A stretch of DNA of 64,000 bases from the NCBI GenBank assembly GCA_003056205.1, contig LSNS01000019.1, positions 5,630 to 69,629 of the forward strand. Direction: 5' to 3'. Shown one piece after another: positions 57,924 through 64,000 of the stretch (positions within the stretch are counted from its first letter, which is position 1; each line of letters starts with the position of its first letter). Origin of the DNA: Parcubacteria group bacterium M6-OD1-4 (GTDB lineage: Bacteria; Patescibacteriota; Patescibacteriia; Patescibacteriales; UBA12465). The translations under genes and the position numbers were made by a program. Under the pieces are notes generated by a model. That model worked only from the letters and a program-made list of their open reading frames with translations, made no database searches and was not told the DNA's origin.

Positions 57924-59324
57924 CTAATACCCAGTATTAAAAATTTGACGAATTGAATTAATTTCTTGTTTAATTTTTTCATTTTTATCACCCGTTATTT
58001 CTTGTTTAATTTTATTATAAGAATGCATGGCGGTAGTGTGATCTCGACCTCCTAATTCTATTCCAATTGAGGGATAAGAGGTGCCAATTTCTTCACGAAT
58101 TAAATAAACGGCAATTTGTCTGGGCCAAACTAATTCTTTTTTCCGCCCCTTACTAATTAAATCTTTATAACTTAAATTATAAAATTTAGCCGTTGCTTCA
58201 ATGATTTCTTTCGGGTTTAATGATCGGGTTTGAACACTAGAAATATAATCACTTAAAACCTCTTTAACGCTCTTAAGATCTGGGGTTAAGCCTTTAAATT
58301 GATGAGAAACAATAATTTTAGTTAAAGCACCCTCTAATTCACGAATATTGTTTTGTACCCGTTCGGCAACATAATTTAGAATTTCCTTACTTAAAGGATA
58401 ATTTTTTTCTAAAGCTTTTTTTTCTAAAATAGCAATTTTTGTTTCTAAGTCTGGTTTACCAACATCAGCGACCATTCCTGATTCAAATCGAGAAATTAAA
58501 CGATTTTCTATTGCTGGAATTGATTTTGGTGGACGATCAGAAGTGAGAACAATTTGCCTATCATTTTGTTGTAATTCATTAAAAGTGTGGAAAAATTCTT
58601 CTTGAGTTCCATCTTTTCCACCCATAAATTGCACATCATCTACTAGGAGAAGATCAACATTACGATATAGGTTTTTAAATTCTTTAGCTTTACCACTCTT
58701 TACAGATTGAATATAATTATTGGTAAATTTTTCACTTGTAGCGTATAGAATTTTATCGGTTTTTTTAGCCACTGCGTTACCAATAGCTTGTAAGAGATGG
58801 GTTTTACCTAAACCGACACCACCATAAATAAATAAAGGATTATAAGATTTTCCTAGATTCTCAACAACCGCCAAACAAGCCGCATGGGCTAATTCGTTAC
58901 CACGACCAACAACAAAATTTTCAAAAACGTAACGGGGGTTTAGACCGTGTCGATTAGAGGTGTTGGTTCTAGCAACAATATTAACAGTTTTTATTTTTTC
59001 AGCAAAAGCGGTTTTATCATTTTCTTGTTTATTAGTGTTTATTGAATTATTAGAAAAAACATTTCCATTATTATGACGAAGTTCAACTTTATAAATAATT
59101 TCCTTAATTTTTTGTTTAGTAGTATTTTCTAGCGCACTAATAATATTTTTATGATATTTTTCTTCTAACCATTTTTTAACAAAAGCGTTGGGAACACAAA
59201 TAATTACTTTTTCATTTTCTAAAGAGGAAATAAAAGTATCTTTAAACCAAGTTACAAAATTAGCTCGAGAAAGACTGATTTCTATTTCTCCTAAAACCGC
59301 TTGCCAGATTTGTTCGTTAGTCAT
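57924..59324 (-). CDS. dnaA: chromosomal replication initiator DnaA
   Basis: 466 aa. AAA+ Walker A GGVGLGKTH, and domain IV with the DnaA signature (ELGGRDHTT). Confidence 0.95.
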   Translation of the reverse strand: MTNEQIWQAVLGEIEISLSRANFVTWFKDTFISSLENEKVIICVPNAFVKKWLEEKYHKNIISALENTTKQKIKEIIYKVELRHNNGNVFSNNSINTNKQENDKTAFAEKIKTVNIVARTNTSNRHGLNPRYVFENFVVGRGNELAHAACLAVVENLGKSYNPLFIYGGVGLGKTHLLQAIGNAVAKKTDKILYATSEKFTNNYIQSVKSGKAKEFKNLYRNVDLLLVDDVQFMGGKDGTQEEFFHTFNELQQNDRQIVLTSDRPPKSIPAIENRLISRFESGMVADVGKPDLETKIAILEKKALEKNYPLSKEILNYVAERVQNNIRELEGALTKIIVSHQFKGLTPDLKSVKEVLSDYISSVQTRSLNPKEIIEATAKFYNLSYKDLISKGRKKELVWPRQIAVYLIREEIGTSYPSIGIELGGRDHTTAMHSYNKIKQEITGDKNEKIKQEINSIRQIFNTGY

Positions 59325-59538
59325 AATAATTAAAAAATAGAATTATATTTAGTGTTTATGTATTCAAGTTTTACTAGTTTTATTATATTAGATAAATAGG
59401 TTTACCACAAGCTTTTATTTTGTTTAAAAAGTGTTAATAATTAGGGGAAAACTTTCAGACATTTTTAATTTTTATTTATTGACTTGAACAAGCAAAGATG
59501 ATATCTTATAAAATAATAATAAATTAAATTTTGTTTAT

Positions 59539-59676
59539 ATGCCGAAAAGGACCTATCAACCGAACAAGCGCCGTGCCAAAAAAAAACATGGTTTTATTCA
59601 TCGGATGGAAACTAAAGATGGTCGTCAGGTTTTAAAGAAACGACGTCAAAAAGGGCGAAAAAAAATATCAAAGTAA
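59539..59676 (+). CDS. rpmH: 50S ribosomal protein L34
   Basis: 45 aa, [45 protein letters not shown]. Below the ORF-track size cut-off; found by translation upstream of rnpA. Confidence 0.9.
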   Translation: MPKRTYQPNKRRAKKKHGFIHRMETKDGRQVLKKRRQKGRKKISK

Positions 59677-59698
59677 AAATTGGTGGAGATTTTATAAA

Positions 59699-60040
59699 AT
59701 GTTAAAAAAAGACAACAGAATAAGACATGATAAAGATTTTGACCGAGCTTTTAAGCTCGGACAATCTTTTTATGGAGAGAATTTAGGATTTAAGGTAGTT
59801 AATAATGATTTAGGAATAAATCGCTTGGGGATTCTAATTAGCACTAAGGTTAGTAAAAAAGCGGTTATTAGGAACCACTTTAAACGACAAATTAGAGAAA
59901 TTATTCGCGCCGAATTTCCTAAATTAAGTACTGGACATGATTTAGTAATTATTGTTTTTCCGAAGATATTAAATAAAAACTTTCAACAGTTAGAAGTTTT
60001 AATTAGACAAGCTTTAAAAAATTTGAATTTATATCAATAA
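59699..60040 (+). CDS. rnpA: ribonuclease P protein component
   Basis: 113 aa. KAVIRNHFKRQIRE is the RNR-like motif. Conserved position after rpmH. Confidence 0.85.
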   Translation: MLKKDNRIRHDKDFDRAFKLGQSFYGENLGFKVVNNDLGINRLGILISTKVSKKAVIRNHFKRQIREIIRAEFPKLSTGHDLVIIVFPKILNKNFQQLEVLIRQALKNLNLYQ

Positions 60041-60055
60041 ATTTAAATTATATCT

Positions 60056-60313
60056 ATGAATAACGAATTTCGATATTTACCAAGAAGAATCGCTGTTTAT
60101 TTAATAAAAATATATCAAAAAACCCTTTCTTTTGATCATGGACCCTTGAAATTTTTTCATCCTTATGGTTTTTGTCGTTTTACGCCAACTTGTTCACAAT
60201 ATGGCGTGGAAGCAGTTAGTAAGTATGGTATAATTAAGGGCGGAATAAAAACTATTTGGAGAATTATTCGTTGCAATCCTTGGAACAAAGGAGGATATGA
60301 TCCAATAAAATAA
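60056..60313 (+). CDS. yidD: membrane protein insertion efficiency factor YidD
   Basis: 85 aa. [14 protein letters not shown]...RCNPW signature. Confidence 0.85.
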   Translation: MNNEFRYLPRRIAVYLIKIYQKTLSFDHGPLKFFHPYGFCRFTPTCSQYGVEAVSKYGIIKGGIKTIWRIIRCNPWNKGGYDPIK

Positions 60314-60345
60314 TAAATAATTTTAATTTTTAAGATTCAATCTTT

Positions 60346-61086
60346 ATGATTCACTTGTTTACAATAATTTTTTATCAACCCGTCTTAAACCTTTTGGTTT
60401 TTTTATATAACACAATTGCTTTTCAGGACTTAGGAATTGCTATTGTCTTGTTAACCATAATCATTAAATTAGTTTTTTGGCCTTTAGGACGATCGGCTAT
60501 TAAATCACAAAAAGCTCTTCAAGATTTACAACCAGAGATTGAAGAACTAAAAACTAAATATAAAAAAGATAAAGCCGGTTTAAGCAAAGCGACGATGGAA
60601 TTATACAAGAATAATAAGGTTAATCCTTTTTCTTCTTGTTTGCCACTTTTAATTCAATTACCATTTTTATTTGCAGTTTATCAAGTTTTTAGAGATGGTT
60701 TAAATAGTAAATTAGATTTTGTTTATTCTTTTATTAAACGTCCCGAAGCCATTAATACTATATCTTTTGGATTTTTAAATTTAGCAACACCTAATATTGT
60801 TTTAGCGCTCTTAGCTGGAGCAGCTCAATTTTGGCAAGCTAAAATGATGATTACTGATAAGCCTGCAGTAAAAACTCCAGGCTCTAAGGATGAAGGGATG
60901 GCGGCTATTATGAATAAGCAGATGTTATATTTTATGCCAGCCATTACTGTTTTTATTGGTATTTCTCTTCCCAGTGGTTTAACTTTATATTGGTTTGTTT
61001 TAACCGCTTTAACTGCTATTCAGCAATTGCTTACCTTTAAAAAGAAAAATAAGCATCACACCATTGAGGGTGAAATAGTTAATTAA
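60346..61086 (+). CDS. yidC: membrane insertase YidC/Oxa1 (short form)
   Basis: 246 aa, 5 TM. Motifs KSQKALQDLQPEIEELKTKYK, NPFSSCLPLLIQLPFLF, PSGLTLYW. Confidence 0.9.
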   Translation: MIHLFTIIFYQPVLNLLVFLYNTIAFQDLGIAIVLLTIIIKLVFWPLGRSAIKSQKALQDLQPEIEELKTKYKKDKAGLSKATMELYKNNKVNPFSSCLPLLIQLPFLFAVYQVFRDGLNSKLDFVYSFIKRPEAINTISFGFLNLATPNIVLALLAGAAQFWQAKMMITDKPAVKTPGSKDEGMAAIMNKQMLYFMPAITVFIGISLPSGLTLYWFVLTALTAIQQLLTFKKKNKHHTIEGEIVN

Positions 61087-61108
61087 TAACAATTCAAAAC
61101 TTTATTTT

Positions 61109-61139
61109 AAAAAGCATTCTAATTTAGAATGCTTTTTTT
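61109..61139. terminator. bidirectional intrinsic terminator
   Basis: AAAAA-GCATTCTA-ATT-TAGAATGC-TTTTTTT between yidC and the convergent VanW-family gene; overlaps that gene's stop codon. Confidence 0.7.
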
Positions 61140-62973
61140 ATAATCCCGATTTTAAATTAGTTTTTAAACTTTTTGTAGAGCTTGCTGTTGCTCCCACCAA
61201 ACAAACTCCTTGCCAGGGCACATAATGAGAATAGAAACGCCTTTTATGAATTGGGGTTGTAGTTGAATCTGGAGGATAGGTAACAGTATAATTAAAGTAG
61301 GCATCTAAACCATTATGGGATCCTTCGGTACATTTTTCTACTCCTGGTTTTAGGGTATCAGTTTTTATTATTTTTGTCGGTTCGGGTTTAACAATATTGT
61401 AAATTACTGGAGCACTGGTAGTTGCAATTCGGCCATCACTAGTCCCCCAAAAAATGAAAGAAAGTTGCCCCTTCACAATTTTAGCTTGGATTAAAATATA
61501 ATGTTTAGTATTATTCATAAAACGAAAATCTGGGAGGGGATCATACATCGTGGCGTCAGTTCCTGGAGGATTATAATAGGCAACCTGGTAAGAATGATTT
61601 TCTCGCATAGTTATTGGCAATCCACTAGCTAAGGCGGTTCGAAAAAGAGTGGTGGCGATTTGACAGAGTCCACCACCGTATTCAGGAATAGTCTTATCTC
61701 CTTTAATTACTAATTCTTTTAAATAACCACTTTGAGCATTAACTGCTCCTAAGGCTTTCACTAAAGAAAATTCTGCCCCGGGTTTGATTAACAAGCCCTG
61801 AAGACTAGATGCTCCAACTTCAATATTATAAACCCGGTTAGCTGGTGACCCAGTAAAATTTGATTTACCAATGCCTAAAACGTTTTGGATATCAGCGGTA
61901 TTATTTTTTATTAAACTTTCATCGGGTAACTGTTTAACAATTAGTTTACTGCTATTTTTCCCGGCAAGAAAAGCCTTGTTAATTTGTAGTGCGCTGGCTA
62001 TTAAATCTAATTTTTGACCATTTTTACCATTTTGCCAGTTGGAGATGTGTTTATTAATAACTTTAAAGCTGGGCTTAATGGCTACCCGATCAACCGAGGG
62101 GGCAATATGAATTTTTAGATATTCTTCAATTTTTTTTAAATTTAAAGATAAGGTTGATTGATTATTAGATTTTTGCAGACTAATCCAAGTGATTATTTCT
62201 TGTGGACTTATTTCCCAATATTTACTAGTAGTAGTTATTAATTGCAGACTGAGATCTCCGCGATTAATAATTTTTTTAACTTGAGGTTTTAAATTTTCTA
62301 AATCACTCTTTTTCAAGTTAGGGTATATCGCTTGAGTATTAATTATAATTTGTTTGTTATTTAATTTTACTAAAGAAGCATTAAGTTTTTCAAAAAGAAG
62401 TGAATAATTAATTTTTCGGCCTAGAGTTTCAGAATTAATTTGTAGATTAAGTCCTGGTTTGTTTTTAGATACCGAAAAATAAGCATTATTTGCTGGAACA
62501 TTTAAAGTGGAAAATTCTTGTCCAACAATCTTCTTGATTTTCTTTTGATCAAGGGTATATTGAGCAGGGACAAGGCGTGGGAAGATCAACTTGAATTTAG
62601 CTAATAAATAATAAGTGAAAGTTCGTTGGTTTCTATTACCTAGCGCAACTGCCAAAGTTTTTTGAGTGTTAAAAGCTAATAAAGAATAAGATAAATCAAC
62701 ATCAAAAGAAGCTACTTCGCTAGGAATAGTAATAACCTTGGTTTTGTATTTAAAGCTTAAGCCCGCCTTTTTAATCTCTTTAATTCTGTTTTGAATTAAA
62801 CTTTTGGCTTGTAGCGTAGTTTGATTGCTTAAATCTAAATTACCAATTTTCGTTTGAGGGAATATTTTGTTTTGATAATTAACTTTCCAAATTAAAAAAT
62901 TACTAACAAAAAAAACGCTTAATATTAAAAGTATTAAGCTAATAACTGTAATTATTTTCTGACCGACTTTCAT
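61138..62973 (-). CDS. VanW-family protein (N-terminal TM anchor)
   Basis: 611 aa. The GGGLCQIATTLFRTALASGLPI...HSYQVAYY segment is the VanW-domain signature. Confidence 0.8.
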   Translation of the reverse strand: MKVGQKIITVISLILLILSVFFVSNFLIWKVNYQNKIFPQTKIGNLDLSNQTTLQAKSLIQNRIKEIKKAGLSFKYKTKVITIPSEVASFDVDLSYSLLAFNTQKTLAVALGNRNQRTFTYYLLAKFKLIFPRLVPAQYTLDQKKIKKIVGQEFSTLNVPANNAYFSVSKNKPGLNLQINSETLGRKINYSLLFEKLNASLVKLNNKQIIINTQAIYPNLKKSDLENLKPQVKKIINRGDLSLQLITTTSKYWEISPQEIITWISLQKSNNQSTLSLNLKKIEEYLKIHIAPSVDRVAIKPSFKVINKHISNWQNGKNGQKLDLIASALQINKAFLAGKNSSKLIVKQLPDESLIKNNTADIQNVLGIGKSNFTGSPANRVYNIEVGASSLQGLLIKPGAEFSLVKALGAVNAQSGYLKELVIKGDKTIPEYGGGLCQIATTLFRTALASGLPITMRENHSYQVAYYNPPGTDATMYDPLPDFRFMNNTKHYILIQAKIVKGQLSFIFWGTSDGRIATTSAPVIYNIVKPEPTKIIKTDTLKPGVEKCTEGSHNGLDAYFNYTVTYPPDSTTTPIHKRRFYSHYVPWQGVCLVGATASSTKSLKTNLKSGL

Positions 62974-63002
62974 ACGATAAATTATTAATTTTCGGTTCTG
63001 GT

Positions 63003-63422
63003 TTAATTTTTAGACTTTACTTTGATTTGTTGAGAACTCTTTTTATTAAGAGTGATGGTTAGAATACCATTTTCTAATTCCGCTTTAACTTGTTTAGAGT
63101 CAACTTCAGAAGGAAGAATAATTGAGCGCGAAAAAGAGCCCCAATAACATTCTTGATATAAATATTTTCCTTCTTTATTTTCTATTTCAGATGAACGGGT
63201 TCCGCTAATAGTTAATAGGTCATTATGTAAAGAAATTTTTAAATCTTCAGGATTTACTCCAGCAATAGTTGATTTAATAAAAATATTTTTAGCAGTTTGA
63301 TAAACATCAATAGCTAGTTGTCCTTCAATTCCCGATTCTTCATCATTAAACCAATTTATTTCTGGACTAGAATTACCAAGCTTGGCTAATTTAATTTTTT
63401 TGTTTTTTTTCTTAAAAAGCAT
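63003..63422 (-). CDS. Hsp20/alpha-crystallin small heat-shock protein
   Basis: 139 aa. ACD with FSRSIILP and ELENGILTITL motifs. Confidence 0.85.
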   Translation of the reverse strand: MLFKKKNKKIKLAKLGNSSPEINWFNDEESGIEGQLAIDVYQTAKNIFIKSTIAGVNPEDLKISLHNDLLTISGTRSSEIENKEGKYLYQECYWGSFSRSIILPSEVDSKQVKAELENGILTITLNKKSSQQIKVKSKN

Positions 63423-63473
63423 ATTTTTTATTCTCTTTATAATTTATCAGTAATTGCCTAAAAAGTAAATATT

Positions 63474-63505
63474 AAAAAAAGAATATTATAATTAATATTC
63501 TTTTT
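63474..63505 (-). terminator. A/T-only hairpin terminator after tRNA-Val
   Basis: GAATATTA-TAAT-TAATATTC flanked by A7 and T5. Weak stem. Confidence 0.4.
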
Positions 63506-63509
63506 CTAG

Positions 63510-63583
63510 TGGGCTCGGCCCGATTCGAACGGGCGACCTTTACGATGTCAACGTAACACTCTAACCAGCTGAGCTACGAGCCC
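63510..63583 (-). tRNA. tRNA-Val (anticodon GAC)
   Basis: Reverse complement GGGCTCGTAGCTCAGCTGGTTAGAGTGTTACGTTGACATCGTAAAGGTCGCCCGTTCGAATCGGGCCGAGCCCA, loop TTGACAT. Confidence 0.85.
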
Positions 63584-63605
63584 TAAATTCTAATCACCGA
63601 GTTTC

Positions 63606-63682
63606 TGGTGGGCATAGATGGACTTGAACCATCGACCTCCGCTTTATAAGAGCGGCGCTCTAACCAGCTGAGCTATATGCCC
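63606..63682 (-). tRNA. tRNA-Ile (anticodon TAT), CCA encoded
   Basis: Reverse complement GGGCATATAGCTCAGCTGGTTAGAGCGCCGCTCTTATAAAGCGGAGGTCGATGGTTCAAGTCCATCTATGCCCACCA. Anticodon stem CCGCT/AGCGG, loop CTTATAA. The body closely resembles bacterial tRNA-Ile. Confidence 0.8.
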
Positions 63683-63765
63683 AATTGTGAAGATGATGAC
63701 AATTGGTGAAATTTCTAAAAGATTTTTTAACTTTAAAGAAACAATTATTTTATATCATTATCAGA

Positions 63766-64000
63766 TTAATTGGGCAAGTTTTTTCTTAAGTCTGAAATAA
63801 TTTGTTTTTGGGTTTGTTCTAAATTTTGTTTAACAATTATTTCGGCCGTTTTGGTAGTTCCCTTTGGCGAGTAGTCCTTCAGTAGTTCTAAGGCATTTTG
63901 GTTTTTTAAGGCCCGCACGATTACTTTAATTTGTTCAGGAGCTTGTTCATAAAAAATAACAATAATCTTAGTCTGAGGAATATTGGCAATTAATTCATCA
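63766..64000 (-). CDS. hypothetical protein, C-terminal 77 codons only (5' part outside window)
   Basis: Open frame to the window edge: ...DELIANIPQTKIIVIFYEQAPEQIKVIVRALKNQNALELLKDYSPKGTTKTAEIIVKQNLEQTQKQIISDLRKNLPN, then TAA 63766-63768. Not identified. Confidence 0.4.
   Translation of the reverse strand, partial: DELIANIPQTKIIVIFYEQAPEQIKVIVRALKNQNALELLKDYSPKGTTKTAEIIVKQNLEQTQKQIISDLRKNLPN

Overview
AT-rich, gene-dense window of about 59 CDS, 10 tRNAs, tmRNA and a 23S-5S rRNA unit. It looks like a reduced-genome, Patescibacteria/CPR-like bacterium; this lineage call is inference from gene content and style. All calls come from reading the sequence and ORF track by eye, so RNA ends and motif coordinates are +/- a few nt.

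Content, left to right:
- trmD 3' end, nrnA-like, rbfA, infB, rny, hup and three tRNAs.
- adk, pyrH (archaeal-type), recA, a GlmU-N-like nucleotidyltransferase and a phosphohexomutase.
- A 5S plus 23S rRNA unit with its own consensus promoter and boxA, and no 16S anywhere in the window. The 23S carries a ~732-nt group I intron encoding a single-motif LAGLIDADG endonuclease.
- pilT, rnc, nusB, rpmF, ftsH and rpsA.
- A ~5 kb block of poorly characterised genes (24.2-29.4 kb) next to the smpB-ssrA-tRNALeu-tRNAGly unit. It includes an AbiEii/AbiEi-like pair in inverted order and an AsnRS-like protein without an anticodon-binding domain.
- tig, a K+-independent membrane pyrophosphatase, nusA, envelope genes, a csoR-trxA-gdh cluster, recQ, folD, glyA and a full-length Elp3 homologue.
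- glgP, a class A PBP, and the replication-origin neighbourhood (dnaN-dnaA | rpmH-rnpA-yidD-yidC), then vanW, hsp20 and tRNA-Val/tRNA-Ile(UAU).

Most notable observations:
1. TGA is almost absent as a stop codon: 1 of 59 CDS, and that frame stays open for 46 more codons.
2. The intron sits at the I-CreI-type site of 23S.
3. The decoding set includes tRNA-Ile(UAU) and tRNA-Arg(UCG).
4. Starts show little Shine-Dalgarno signal, and several promoter/ATG pairs look leaderless.
5. A CsoR-type G/C palindrome lies in its own promoter spacer.
6. The accessory block beside tmRNA contains uncharacterised small modules.

No CRISPR array, integrase, transposase or prophage was seen.
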